A stretch of DNA of 64,000 bases from the human T2T-CHM13v2.0 reference genome, Homo sapiens, in assembly GCF_009914755.1 (NCBI RefSeq), contig NC_060941.1. The stretch is one strand, 5' to 3'. The first letter of the stretch is position 1; every line of letters begins with the position of its first letter. The translations under genes were made by a program, and so were the position numbers. Shown one piece after another: positions 43,535-61,229 of the stretch. Under the pieces are notes generated by a model. The model was not told the origin of the DNA. It ran no database searches and saw only the letters and a program-made list of their open reading frames with translations.

Positions 43535-44511
43535 CCTAATTAAACAAAAGAGTTTCTGCACAGCAAAAGAGACTGTCGACAGAGTAAACAGACAGCCTAC
43601 AGAATGGGAGAAAATATTCTCAAACTATGCATTTGACAAAGGTCTAACATCCAGAATCTATTAGGAACTTAAATCAACAAACAAAAAACAAATACCTCCA
43701 TTAAAAAATGGGCAGAGGACCTGAACAGACACTTCGCAAAAGAAGACATGCAAGCAGCCAACAAACATTTGAAAAAATGCTCGTTAATAATCATCAGAGA
43801 AATGCAAATCAATTTAATGCAAAACCCCACAATGAGATACCATCTCATACCTATCAGAATGACTATTATTAAAAAGTCAAAAAACAACATGCTGGCGAGG
43901 CTGCAGAGAAAAGGGAATGCTTATATAGCTGTCAGTGGGAATGTAAGTTCCGCCACTATGGAAAGCAGTTTAGAGATTTCTCATAAAACTTAAGAGTTAC
44001 CATTTCACCCAGCGATCACATCACTGGATATATACCCAAAGGAAAATAGGTCATTATTCCAACAAGATACATGCATTTATATGTTCATTACCACACTGTT
44101 CTTAATAGCAAAGACATAGAATCAACCTAGATGCCCATCAGGGGTGGATTGGATAAAGAAAATGTACATATACACCATGGAATACCACACAGCCATGAAA
44201 AAGAATGAAATAATGTCCTTTGTAGCAACATGGATGGAGCTGAAGGCTATAATCTTAATTAAGCACGTTAGTGCAGGAACAGAAAACCTCATACTACATG
44301 TTCTCCTAAGTGGGAGTAAACATTGAGCACATGTGAACATAGACTTGGGAACAACAGATACTGCAGACTCCCAGAGCAGGGAGGGAGGGAGGGAGGGGGA
44401 CGCGGGTTGAAACACTACCTAATGGTACTATGCTCACTACCTAGGTGCAATATACCCACGTAACAAACCTGCACATGTATGCCCTGCATCTAAAATAAAA
44501 GTTGAAATTGA
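43535..44511 (+). mobile_element. 5'-truncated L1 (old L1PA-like): ORF2 end and 3' UTR
   Basis: TTCTGCACAGCAAAAGAGACTGTCGACAGAGTAAACAGACAGCCTACAGAATGGGAGAAAATATT...AACAAACCTGCACATGTATGCCCTGCATCTAAAATAAAAGTTGAAA. An Alu (44512-44810) sits in its tail with TSD AGTTGAAATTGA. Confidence 0.92.
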
Positions 44512-44631
44512 GGCTGGGTGTGGTGGCTCACACTGTAATCCCAGCACTTTGGAAGGCCGAGGCAGACAGATCACTTGAGGCCAAGAGTTCGAGACCAGCC
44601 CGGCCAACATGGTGAAACACTGTCTCTATTA

Positions 44632-44850
<219 letters not shown>

Positions 44851-45763
44851 CTAAACCATGTTTATAAAACTTCCATTTAAATGCTCACTAAAATGGACAA
44901 AGAAAAACAATACTAGGGAAGAAAATAACATAGACATGAAATTTAAAAAGGCCCCAAATTCATGGTACAAACACTGAAAAGCACTCAGTCAAACTGAAAC
45001 TGGAAGAGGATATCCTACCTTGAGACTCACACGCAGCTCTCAGCTCTGGCACATGGTGCAGGGTAGTGGTGATGGCAGGTACAATTCTGAAAGTGGTGTT
45101 GGCAGGTAAGAGGTGGGTGTTTGAGGGACAGAGTTTACCAGATTCTGAGAAGAAGGCAGGGCCCTTCTATCTGACCCTGAGTTATACACATGATAGGATG
45201 TGGATTCATAGAGTGTTTTGTACTAATGTTTGCATTTTACTTCCACCTAAGTAACTTTCTAGCCCCCAGGGGACGGGCAAAGGAAGAAAAGGTGAAGATG
45301 AATGACCAGACATGTGGGTTGCCCTGCTCAGCTGTGTCAGAACGGCTTGATCCTCAGCCCCGCACAGGACCACTCTCTGGCATGCACCAGCGGAGAAACT
45401 GGAGGCACACTGGCGCAGGAGCAGCCCCAGGCTTGAGGGCTTTTCCAGCCCTGTCTGTTTACCCACGTATGGAAATGTTTACTTTTCTATTTTTTACCTT
45501 AAATATGTAACACTGGTTTGACCAAACTCTCAGATTCATGGCACACTATCATCATTGGTAGGTGATGGTTTGCTACGGTTTTTAATAGCTGGTAAAGTGA
45601 ACACCCAGTTCATTCTCCTCATTATCTCCTGGATTCCCGCCTACCGCCATCAGTCAGTATGCCCTACATTTTTCTTGACGTGAAGCACAGCCTGGAGAAT
45701 ATTCCCTGAAACAGCTCTTTAAACGCAATCCAAAAAAGGCATCATGCTGACTTAACCATGTTA

Positions 45764-46311
<548 letters not shown>

Positions 46312-46575
46312 TCAGGTTTCACAGGGTGTAGATGGGGGGTTGACCTGGGACTTTGTCTCCTAAGAACTCTCAGAGCTGTTGTGGTTGGGAGTGGGGAAGG
46401 TCCTGGAAGTGGAGTTTGTTAGGGTGAAGGCTAATAACAAACCCAGTGATACACTGACTTTTAGACAAAGTTCATTTCCCTGGTTATGGTCCAGAGCAGT
46501 GGAGTCAGTCCTGCTTTATGTGGTCACTTAGAGTCTCCGATTCCTTCCATCTCATTGCTCTGCTGTCCCCTAGAG

Positions 46576-47102
46576 CAGTGGTCCCCAACCTTTTTGGCAG
46601 CAGGGACGGGCTTTGTGGAAGACAGTTTTTCCACAGACAGGGGTGCGGATGGTTTGGGGATGATTCAAGCACATTACATTTATTGTGCACTTTGTTTCTA
46701 TCATTATTATTATTACATTGTAATTAAACAATTATACAACTCATCATAATGTAGAATCAGTGGGAGCCCTGAGCTTGTTTTCCTGCAACTAGACGGTCCC
46801 ATCAGGGGATAATGGGAGACAGTGACAGATCATCAGGCATTAGATTCTCATAAGGAGCATGCAACCCAGATCCCTCGCATGCGCAGTTCACAGTAGGGTT
46901 CACGCTCCCATGAAAATCTAAGGCCGCCGCTGATCTGACAGGAGGCGGAGCTCAGGTGGTAATGCATGTGAGCAATGGGGAGTGGCTGTAAATACAGATG
47001 AAGATTTGCTCGCTTGACCGCCGCTCACCTCGTGCTTTGCAGTCCGATTCCAAACAGTCCACAGACCGCTACTGATTGGTGGCCAGGGGTTGGGGACCCC
47101 TG
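46576..47102. mobile_element. Full-length MER1A hAT (Charlie3-derived) MITE nested in an old MLT1-like LTR
   Basis: 527 bp, terminal inverted repeats CAGTGGTCCCCAACC / GGTTGGGGACCCCTG, perfect 8-bp TSD CCCTAGAG (46568-46575 / 47103-47110). Flanks ~46470-46575 and 47111-47320 resemble an MLT1J/K LTR. Confidence 0.92.
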
Positions 47103-48224
47103 CCCTAGAGCACTGTTGTTATTTGTGTGGCTGAAGCAAGATCATTGTCACTTAGGACTCCCAGCTGGCAAGCAGGGGAAAGAGCTATGTCCAATGTCTT
47201 AAGACCCATACCTGGAAATGCCACATATCAGTTTTGCTCATATTTCATTGGCAAGGCTTTGATCATATGGTCGCACCTGGCTGCAAGAGACTTAGAAACG
47301 TAGCCTAGCTGGGCCGCCACGTATGCGGCTATGACTATTATTATGCAGGAACTCAAGAGGAAGGAGAGAATGGATTTCGATAGACAACTAGCAGTCTGCC
47401 CTACACAGGATAGGACCTCCCTTAGAGGAATTGAAAACTAATAATTGCCGAGACAACCCATGCCAATAATTAGTAGTGAATGTGCAGATAATGAAAAGAC
47501 GCATTGGACATGTAAGTTAGTCCAAGCTACACAATTGAACTAATTAGCTCCTACAAAACAGTTAATGCGGGAAAAAGGAAAGAACTTCAATTCCAGTCAG
47601 CATTATTATTGGAAAATGAAAGATGGTGTGAAAAAGATGCAGCCATAGAACAAGAATTTGGAGTTAAAAAACAACAAAAAGCAGAATTGACTCTACTAGA
47701 AATCATGCATATTAACTAGAAGAAAAATTGGAGGAAATCTCCAAGTTTACAAAAGGGAGAAAATATGTAAATTATGAAAGAAACAATAGAAAAAAAATGG
47801 ATCCAGAACAAATATCTAGGAGAAAATACAGTAATCATTTAAAAAATAATAGAAAATTCTGATTCTGAAAGTATGGTTGAATAGATAACTCGACTCCTGC
47901 TGAATCATAACTAGATCCCGGTGGTATGACAGTAATTTTTAAAATAACTTTTAAAATTTTGTTTTATTTGCTGCCTGCCTTGTTTGGCAAACACTTTTTA
48001 ATGCATTATTGGGTTGCTAAAAGTAAAGGAAGTTGAACTTGTATTTCTAGTATGAAGTGGACCTAGATAACCTGGCTGACCTTCCTACTGAAATACCTAA
48101 AAAATGTTAGATAAAATGTATTTTTAAAAAATCTTAAATGCATTGATGAGCTGGCAAGAAAGAAATATGGCAAAAATAAAGGCGGGAACATAAAGTTTAA
48201 GTGGCACATTTAAATTGCTTTTTA

Positions 48225-48998
48225 TCAGCCGGAGGTGTCATCTTCCAGTAATTCACCAAAATGACAAACACAAAAGGATAGATAGAGGAGGGCCACCCAC
48301 TCTATGTTCTCCGGGCCTTTTAGAAAACATGGAGCTGTTCCTTTGGCCACCTAGATGTGAATCTATAAGAAAGGCAGTATTGTAGGCCAGGCGCAGTGGC
48401 TCAGCCTATAATCCCAGCACTTTGGGAGGCTGAGGTGGGCGGATTGCTTGAGTCCAGGAGTTCGAGACCAGCCTGGGCAACGTGGCGAAACCCTGTCTCT
48501 ACCCACCCCATCTCTACCAAAAATAAAAAAATTAACCTGGTGTGCTGGTGCGCACCTGTGGCCTCACCTACTCGGGAGGCTGAGGTGGGAAGTTCCCTTG
48601 AGCTTGGGAGGTGGAAGTTGCAGTGAGCAGAGATCGCACCACAGCACTCCAGCCTAGGTGACACAGAGAGACCCTGTCTCAAGAAAAAAAAAAAAAGAAA
48701 AAAAAAGACAATATTGTAGACATCAAGGGAATGGGTACTGTTCAAAAAGGAATGCCCCACAAGTGTCACCATGGCTAAACTGGAAGAGTCTACAGTGTGC
48801 CCCAGCATGCTGTTGGCATTGTTGTAAACAAGGGCAAGATTCTTGCCAAGAGAATTAATGTGCGTATTGGGCACGTTAAGCACCTCTAAGAGCCAAGACT
48901 ACTTCCTGAAAAGCATGAAAGAAAATGGTCGGAAAAAGAAGGAAGCCAAAGAGAAAGGTACCTGAGTTCAATGGAAATGCCAGACTGCTCCACCCGGA
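48225..48998 (+). pseudogene. Processed RPL21 (eL21) pseudogene, Alu-interrupted and 3'-truncated
   Basis: RPL21 5' UTR text CATCTTCCAGTAATTCACCAAA, ATG at 48261 (MTNTKG), then MFSGPFRKHGAVPLAT, IYKKG [Alu] [50 protein letters not shown]. Intronless with stops and frameshifts. Confidence 0.95.
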
Positions 48999-50009
48999 GG
49001 GGTAAACACTGGTAAAGATGCTCAGCCTCATTAGGAAGGAGGGCAGTGCACAATGAAATCAAGGTGATCTATCGCTTCACACCATCAGCGAGGCAACATT
49101 TGTAAGGTCCGAGTGTATCAAGTGTCGCTGAGGATGTGGAGCAATAGAAACTAAACTTAGACTCTGCTGGTGAGAGAACCGCAAAGGATAAGTAGGCCAT
49201 TTCGGGAAACATTTTATCATTACTTAGTAAATGTGATGATGCACACATCCCTATGACACGCTAAATCCACCCCAGGGATGTGCCCTAGAAAAACTCTTGC
49301 CCACGTGTTCACCAGGAGACAAGAATGTCATAGCAAAAACCTGCAAGCAATCAAATGTCTGTTGCCAATGGTAGTTTCATATAATAAAATATCACACACC
49401 AGTACAAATGGATGTACTACAGTTACATGCAACCCATATGCATGAATTTCACAAGTCATGTTGAATGGGAAAAGCAGATTGCAGAAGAAAATGTACATAT
49501 ACTGTTTACGTAAAGCTGAAAAATCAGCACAGAGCTGGGCCCAGTGGCTCATGCCTGTAATCCCAACACTTTGGGAGGCTGAGGCAGGAGGATAGCTTGA
49601 GGCCATGAGTTCAACACAAGCCTGGGCAACACAGCAAAACCTCATCTCCCCCCCACCTCCCCCACCAAAAAAAGAAAAAAGAAAATCCCTCAGAAAAACA
49701 AAACATCCAAATGCATGTAATGCATATGTCAAATTGTATTAAGTTGCTGACAAGGGAAAATAGTAAGAAAACAAAGGAGTATTCCAGCTCTGTGGAAAGC
49801 TGCTGCTGTGTACCTACAGGAAATTCTCTGAGAGCTGGGGCTGGGCAAGAGCCAAGAGAGCTGCTGACAGCAAAGTGAGAGAAGGCAGGCCTCAGAAAGG
49901 AGAAGAGAAAGATGCCTGGCAAGCGAGAAGCAACTGGAATGCTCTGTAACTCACATTCTCTATAAATCTCCAAATTCTCTCACTAGCAGCATCTTAAAGT
50001 GTGTGTGTA

Positions 50010-50663
<654 letters not shown>

Positions 50664-52083
50664 TAAAGCTTGTTCATTACAGAAGATTAGAAAGCAAAAT
50701 TATAAATAAGAAAATAGAAATCAACTGAAATTCTGTCACCCAGAGAATCATTTTCTTTTTTAATACACTCACACACATACATAAACGGAATTACATTGTA
50801 CATATAGTTCTCATCAAATTTTTTTCTCTTAATCTCATTACATATTATTTTAAAACAATTTTCAACTGCTGTTTAATTTTATGTCCTCAAGGTATACCAT
50901 AATTTATATGACCATAATTTATATGACTGTTGTTATATAAATTTATATATATTTATATAATTTTATATAAAATATATATATAATATAAATTTATTTAGTC
51001 CCCACTTATTGGACTAAATAAATATTTACCATTCTTTGCTGTTATAAATAATGATGAATGAATATTCTCATATGTACACCTTGGTGTCTCTGTTTTCTAG
51101 AAGTGGAATTACTGGTTCGAACAGTCTGAACATTTTTAAGATCCTTAAAACATAATGCCAAATTGTTTTTCAAAAAGATCGCACCAGTTTACACTTCCAC
51201 CAGATGTGTAGTAAAAGTACAAATAATACTCACTGAGGACACCCTGGCGTGTCATTTCCCATGCTAGAATGCCTTGCCCTTATTTGCTTGAAATGAACTT
51301 ACAGAGTAACCTCTGTGTGCATGTGACCTGGACAGGTTGCCTTCAGGGCATAGATTTGTCAGTGTCCCACAAGGCATTTTTTGGATGATGTATCCATTAG
51401 GATGATTTTGGTGGCACGTAATTGAAACCCTGACTCACGTTGTCTTTAGCAAGAAGGACACAGAAACAGGGTGGGCTCCGAGTGTGGTAAGGTTAATGGC
51501 ACAATGAAGTCAGGAACTCAGGTTCTTTTTTTTGAGATGGAGTTTCCCTCGTCGCCCAGGTTGGAGTGTACTGGCACAATCTTGGCTCACCTCCCATGTT
51601 CAAGTGATTCTCCTGCCTCAGCCTCCCAAGTAGCTGGGATTACAGGCACTCGCCACCATGCCTGGTTAATTTTTGTATTTTTAGTAGGGACGGGGTTTCA
51701 CCATCTTGGTCAGGCTGGTCTGGAACTCCTGACCTCGTGAGCCACCCGCCTCGGCCTCCCAAAGTGCTGGGATTACAAGCTGAACCGCCACACCCTGCCA
51801 GGAACTCAGGTTCTTTTCGTGTCTATCCTTCCCTCCTCAACACCGGCTTCCTCCTCAGACTGGCTGCAGGTGTTTCAGGGCTCTATCCAGATGTAACAAA
51901 GCCCGTGGCCACATAGGCTGTGCACCACCACGCCCGGCTAATTTTTTGTATTTTTAGGAGAGAAGGGGTTTCAGTGTGTTAGCCAGGATGGTCTCGATCT
52001 CCTGACCTCATGATCCGCCCGCCTGGTCCTCCCAAAGTGCTGGGATTACAGGCATGAGCCACCGTGGCTGGCTATGGTAATTA

Positions 52084-52215
<132 letters not shown>

Positions 52216-52556
52216 CTACAAAAAATTTAAAATTAGTCAGGAGTGGTGGCACGTGCCTGTAGTCCCCATTACTCGGGAGGCTTGATCTCAGGAGGTTGAG
52301 GCTGCAGTGAGCTATGTTCATGTCACTGCAGTCCAGCCTGAGTGACAGAGCAAGACTCTGTCTCAAAAAAAGTCCAAAAACCCAAAAAGAAAAACCCAAA
52401 ATAAATAAAAATATACAAATTTTCAATAAATATACATCAAAATATGCAAATTAAGGAAGTGTAGAATCTTTTAATTTTAAATTGTCATGTTTTAGAAGTG
52501 ATTTTTCTTCTAGTATTTTAAAAATCTTTATCTTCTGAAAATATTTTCAACTATTA

Positions 52557-52899
<343 letters not shown>

Positions 52900-53631
52900 T
52901 TAAACATTTAAGCAAAATCATTCTAATAAAGCTGAAATACTTAAATTTTTGAAAATTTATTAAATCATCTTCACAAAAGTATTTGTGGTTCTAGCATTCA
53001 ATATCAACAGTTGCCAGTATGAAAAACCAGCATCCTACTTCATCTCTGCTATATCTAGACATACATGCACACCAACTTAAGAGCAATATGGAGTGTTTGC
53101 TATTACGGAATGTTCCTGGGCAGTCTTGTGCAATGGTTGTGGGCACTGTTAGTTTATGAGAACTACCTACTTGATAGCTAACAGTTAGATTGTCCCATAG
53201 ACAAAGATCAGTGTGTTCCAAACTGAACTCACTGGATTCCTTTCCTAAACCTGCTATTTTTCTGCTTTCTCTATCTCAGCAAAGACCTTTTCTCTGTCTC
53301 TGTCACCACTCACATCCAGTTTGTCACCATGACCTGCTGATTCTTCCTGTGTGAAATTTCTCCTCACTTCTCCCATCCTGCTCTTATTCTCTCCTGGGTT
53401 ATTGGGACCACTTCACTCTTGGTCTCCCTCTGTCCTTTCGTGGCTCTCTCCAAGCGTTCCCACTTGGTGTGCTCTTTCTAAAATGAAAATCGGCCAGGCG
53501 CAGTGACTCACACCTGTAATCCCGGCACTTTAGGAGGTCGAGGTGGGCAGATCACCTGAGGTCAGGAGTTCGAGACCAGCCTGACCAACATGGTGAAACC
53601 CCATGTCTACTAAAAATACAAAAATTAGCTA

Positions 53632-53826
<195 letters not shown>

Positions 53827-54899
53827 TTAATAAAAGATAAATAAAAATAAAAAACAAAATAAAACACACATCTATACTCACCTTCATGGAACCCTCCCAA
53901 ATCTGAGCACAGTCCGCAGGGCCCCTGCCTCTCCCCAACATCATGCTGTGGTTGCATGTGCTTCATCCCATCCGGAGCTCCAGGCTATTGCTGCTGTTTT
54001 TCCTGTGTTCTCATCCCAGGGGCCTCTCCGGGGCAGGTGATCCTCCTTGAAATCCCCATGTCCTTCTCTGGGGCCCAGAAATTCCATCTGCTGCTCCTGT
54101 GGTCCTCTGGGCTCAGGGAAACCCCGTGGGACTCCCAAGACCCTTGTTGCTCTGTCCAGGCTGGGCCAGGCAGACCCCGGGAGGCCTCTGCCCCGTTACC
54201 ACTCTGCCGTTTCTGCTTTGGGGTATTTTTCCATCTTGGGGTCCACCCCAAGGATCCTCAAACTTAGCGGTGTCTGATTCTGTGCCCCGACCTTGAGGTT
54301 CAGCTGATGCTGGGGGTGGGGTTGAGAGCATTCCACACAAATTCAACCCCTTTCTCTCAGTCTTTTGTCTTGGGAGCCAAGAGCCCAGCCCTTACATCCT
54401 ATTTGCCAGGTTCCTTCCTGTGTCCCACCAGACCTAGACCTTGGAAGTTTAAAAGCCAGCAGAAGACTTAATTTTTCCTGTGGCTCGCGCCTGTAATCTC
54501 AGCATTTTGGGAAGTCAAGACAGGCGTTCGAGACCAGCTTGGGCAACATAGTGAACCCCCCACCCCAATTTTAAAAACAAAATACAAAAATTAGCCAGGT
54601 GTGGTGGTGCACACCTCTGGGAGGTAGGGGTGGGAGGATCGTTTGAGCCTGGAAGGTAGAGACTGTAGTGAGCCGTGATTGCGCCACTGCACTCCAGCCT
54701 GAGTGACAGAATGAGACCCTGTCTCTAAAAAAAAAAAAAAGAGAAAGAGAGAGGGAATTATTCTTATACACCTAGATGTACCACATTTTCCCTGAGGCAG
54801 TGAATTCAGAATACTTGGAAAGGTAAATGAGGAAGGGTTAAGCTTGAACAGGAAAAATGGGGAAAAAAGTGAGTAATATTTCAAAATATTACCTTTCTA

Positions 54900-55406
54900 T
54901 ACAAGGGAAAGGATCCAAATTATACCACTGTGTCGTAAAAATTATTATGACCTGAAGACATTTGAGAATCAACAGATGCAGAAAGAGGCTTTGTCTGAAT
55001 ACTCCCTTATCTGACTAAAAGCAGAAACTTCTGGGAGTGAGACTGCCACTAGCCCCCTCTCTGGAGGAGTTTCACGGCTGTGAAGAAGATGAAGAAGACC
55101 ACAAACAAACATGATGAAGAACCATCTTGTCTCCTGGTTTGTTCTCCTAAAAATACATTTGTCTTTCCTAAATAAACCCATTTGTTCTTCCAGTAGAAGC
55201 CTTTTCCTCCCTGCTCCTTTACCCTTATTAAGGTAGGCTTGTAAATCCCTGTCTTTAGTTATGGATAAAGTCATTTTCTTTGTGGGTTCCTAGTATGTGA
55301 ATAAACTTTATCTTTTCTTTTGTTAATCTGTCTTTTGTCAGTTTAATTCACAGCCCCCCAAGAACAGCATCTAAGAGGGTGGAGAAGACATTTTTCCTCC
55401 CTGACG
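54900..55406 (+). mobile_element. MER34/MER39-like (ERV1) solo LTR
   Basis: AAAAATTATTATGACCTGAAGACATTTGAGAATCAACAGATGCAGAAAGAGG...AATAAACTTTATCTTTTCTTTTGTTAATCTGTCTTTTGTCAGTTTAATTCACAG...TTTTTCCTCCCTGAC. Confidence 0.75.
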
Positions 55407-55855
55407 CAAGCAATCACTTCAGAGTCTTCTTGATATTTTAGGTAGAATTTAGGTACTCTAGTTCCCGCAGGGGGATTCCAGTCTCAGACAACCCACCGCA
55501 GTAGGACCGCTTCAATCATACTTCATAATGATTTTCTCAGTATGAGCTTGTTGGCTTAGAGCTGCGGAAGAGAAGTCACAAAGAAAGCCTAAGGTTTCAG
55601 AGAGCACTGAGGTAAGCTCAACCCAGGTCTCAATTCAATTTCTAGAAGAGGAGGACACTAGTGGAAATCATTTCCATGTATATCCTGTATTTCCAGGGCC
55701 GAAACCAATACAGTAGTATGTCTGCTTCTTACAGTTTTTTTTCCCTATGCTTATACACTTTTATTTTCTACATTTTTGGACTCACACTTACGTATACTAT
55801 TTTGCACCTTTAGCTTATACTATTTATTAAATATATATTTATATTGTGAAGATGA

Positions 55856-56468
<613 letters not shown>

Positions 56469-56989
56469 CTAAAAAACAGGCATTCTAGTTTGAAGATACT
56501 CCAACTAAAACTTCAATGAACATTCTTGTGCAGTTTTTTTTGTTTGTTTTCTTTAATATAGGGTCTCGTTGTGTCACCCAGGCCGGAGTGCAGTGGTGTG
56601 ATCATGGCTCACTGTTGCTTCAACCTCCCCGGCTCAAGCGCTCCTTTCCTCAGCCCCATAAGTAGCTGGGACTACAGGTGCACACCACCATGCCCGGCTA
56701 GTTTTTGTATTTTTTTGTAGAGATGGGGTTTCGCCATGTTGCCTAGGCTAGCCTTACACTCCTGAGCTCAGGAGATCCTTCTGCCTCAGCCTCCCGAAGT
56801 GCTGGGATTACAGGCGTGAGCCACTGTGTCTGGCCTTCTTGTATAGGTTTTTTGATGGACATGTGCTCTTGTTTCTGTTGAGTATATATCTAGGAGTGAA
56901 ATTGCTGGTGGCTCTAGATTTAGCTTTGGTTTTCTAAAGTGGTTGAACCAATTTATACACCTCCCAGTAATGCATGAGGGTTCCAGTTA

Positions 56990-57544
<555 letters not shown>

Positions 57545-57919
57545 TTATGTACAATGTTAAGGTTGTACTGATTTATACTTCCAGCATCCATGTATCCCTT
57601 TTTTATCCTGAACTGGGATTATTTTAAAAGTTGTCAATTTTGGTATCTCCTTATGGTTTTATTTATTATTTCTTTTATTTCTATTGAAATTGGACTTTAA
57701 AAAATTTTCAGGTGGTAGTGTGCACCTGAAGTCCTAGCTACTGGGGAGGCTGAGGCAGGAGAATTGCTTGAGCCCAGGAGTTCAAGGCTGCAGTGAGCTA
57801 TGATTGCACCACAGCACTCTAGCCTGGGTGACAGAGCAATGTATATCAAATGTATTACATATTTTTTATTTATTATATTATATACATATACATTTTTATT
57901 GTTGTTGTTGTTTTCTTGA

Positions 57920-58138
<219 letters not shown>

Positions 58139-58369
58139 TGATTTGCCTTGCCCTCCCAAAGTGCTGGGATTACAGGTGTGAGTCACCGTGCCCAGCATTA
58201 TATATATATATATATTTTAAAAGGCTGGGCGTGGTAGCTCACACCTGTAATCACAGCATTTTGGGAGGCTGAGGCAGGCTTGCTTGAGGCCAGGAGTTTG
58301 AGACCAGCCTGGGCAATGTAGTGAGTTTAAAAAAAATTTTTTTTAATTTTATTGCTCTTTATATTGTAG

Positions 58370-58507
<138 letters not shown>

Positions 58508-59269
58508 TGAGTAGCTGGGATTACAGGCACGCACCACCATGCCGGGTTAATTTTTGTATTTTTAGTAGAGACGGGATTTCACTACGTTGGTCAGGCTGGT
58601 CTCGAACTCCTGACCTCATGATCTGCCCGCCTCGGCCTCCCAAAGTGCTGGGATTACAGGCGTGAGCCACCACACCTGGCCTATATTACCTTTTAAATAA
58701 ATTGTCTCATTTCCTTTGATGAAACAGATTTTTATCATCACACCTAATGAAACAGCATAAAAAATAGTTTACATGGTAATCTCATAAATTAGTAGATATG
58801 CAAACATTCTAAATAAAATTTTAGCAATCAGAATATAGTATAAATTTTAATAAAGTATAATTTTTAAAGGAATTTTAAAGGTGTGGTAGCTCACACCTGT
58901 AATCCCAAAAATGTGAGAGGCTGAGGCGCAAGAATCGATTGAGCTCTGGAGTTCCATACCTGGGCAACATAGCAGACCTCATCTGTACTAAAAATAGTCC
59001 CAGCTACTCTGGAAACTGAGGCGGGAGGATTGCTTGAGCTCGGGAGATTGAGATCAGTGCTATCATCATGCCACTGCAGTCCACCCTGGGTGACAGAGTA
59101 AGACCCTGTCTCAAAAAAGAAGAAAAAAAGAACATGTACTTTTTAACCAATTCTGTTTTTGAATTTATTTGAAATGGTCTTTCATTTTTGTTTTTCTGTC
59201 ACTTATAAACATCCCCCACTAAAGCTCAATTTTCCACATAACCAATAATATTATTGGAAAAAATTCATA

Positions 59270-59640
59270 TAATTATTTCCACAAATGCCAGAGGGAATTC
59301 TTCATGGAAACTCTCCCTAAAAGCAATAAAAGGTTGCCTCTTTAACATGACAAAAAGGCTCTATTGAAAACCAAAAGTCAAAATTACACTTAATGGAGAA
59401 CATGAATTATTCCTCTTTAAAATAGGAACAAGACAAGGATATCTTATTACTACTATTCAACGTAGCTCTAAAAATTCTGACAAAGCTATTTGAGAAGAGA
59501 AAGAAAGATATACATAAAGAAAAGGAAGAAATAAAATGATCATGTTATGCAAATGAAATGAAAAGCACCTCAAAATTACTAGAGATAATAAATGAAGGCA
59601 TCAAAGAAACAAGATATAATACAAATTAATTTAGGACAAT
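59270..59640 (+). mobile_element. Old L1M ORF2 fragment
   Basis: AAATAGGAACAAGACAAGGATATC...CTATTCAAC...GGAAGAAATAAAATGATCATGTTATGCAAATGA resembles the degenerate L1 RT region. Confidence 0.7.
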
Positions 59641-59935
59641 TTTCCTCTTGATAATAGTGCATTTCTCATTTTTGTTCTTTCTTTCCATGCATCCCTTTCT
59701 GTTTTTATTCTTAAAGCTTCATGATTTTACAATTTATAAGTCCTGAACATTTTGTGTTAATCTTTTCTCAGATATTTTAAAGATTTTTTAATCGCTTTTA
59801 TAAATGGAATTTTTTTTGACATTACATGTACTTTATTTTTCTTAAGTGTTTAAAATAAGGCATTTCGGCCAGGCACGGTCGCTCACGCCTGTAATCCTAG
59901 CACTTTGGGAGGCTGAGGCCTCCTCAGGTGGATCA

Positions 59936-60241
<306 letters not shown>

Positions 60242-61229
60242 TCACTTATAAACATCAGTCATTCACAATGACTAATGATAGAGGTACATCACGTAAGTAT
60301 AGATGTAAAGTATTGTTTAAGAAAGCTTAGGTATTTATTTTTCGGGCTTTCATGTTGTTATGCTGTTCCTACTCTTCTTCTTCTTCTGTTTTTGTTTTGT
60401 TTTGTTTTGTTTTTTTGAGAAAGAGTCTTGCTCTGTTGTCCAGACTGGAGTGCAGTGGTGCAATCTTGGCTCACTGCAACCTCCGCCTCCCATGTTCAAG
60501 CGATTCTCCTGCCTCAGCCTCCTGAGTAGCTGGGATTACAGGCATGCGCCACCATGCCAGGCTAATTTTTGTATTCTTAGTAGAGACAGGGTTTTGCCAT
60601 ATTGGCCAGGGTGGTCTTGAACTCCTGACCTCAGGTGATCCACCTGCCTCGGCCTCCTAAAGTGCTGGGACTACAGGTGTGAGCCACTGGGCCCAGCCTG
60701 TTCCCATTTTTCCATTGTTCTTCTCCTCCCCTCATTTTCTTTTTCTTTTTTTTTTCTTCTTTGAGACGGAGTCTCAGTCTGTCGCCCAGGCTGGAGTGCA
60801 GTGGCACGACTTGGCTCACTGCAACCTCCGCCTCCCGGGTTCACACCATTCTCCTGCCTCAGCCTCCCGAGTAGCTGCGACTATAAGTGCCTGCCACCAC
60901 GCCCGGCTAAATTTTTTTTGTATTTTTAATAGAGACGGGGTTTCACTATGTTGGTCAGGCTGGTCTCGAACCCCTGACCTCTTGATCCACTCGCCTCGGC
61001 CTCCCAAAGTGCTGGGATTACAGGCGTGAGCCACCGCACCCGGACCCTCCTCTCATTTTCTTTTCTGGTGTCTTGAACCAGGTAACTGGGAGGCATATTA
61101 AGGGGTTTTAAATTTAGGTAATAAAACAAATCACTAGTTCCTGGTATACAGCACTAGATTTGGTTACAGAAGTTTTTGCTAACCATTACCTCTGGTTTCA
61201 GGCAGTTGTCAGGTGACTGGCCTCAGGAT

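Noticed and set aside
43669-44415. ORFs resembling L1 ORF2
   Set aside because: Fragments of a dead 5'-truncated L1 with stops and frameshifts.
50895-51030. AT-rich patch with a short tandem duplication (ACCATAATTTATATG x2)
   Set aside because: Low-complexity slippage inside an old L1-like remnant; not an array and no CRISPR-like repeat-spacer pattern.
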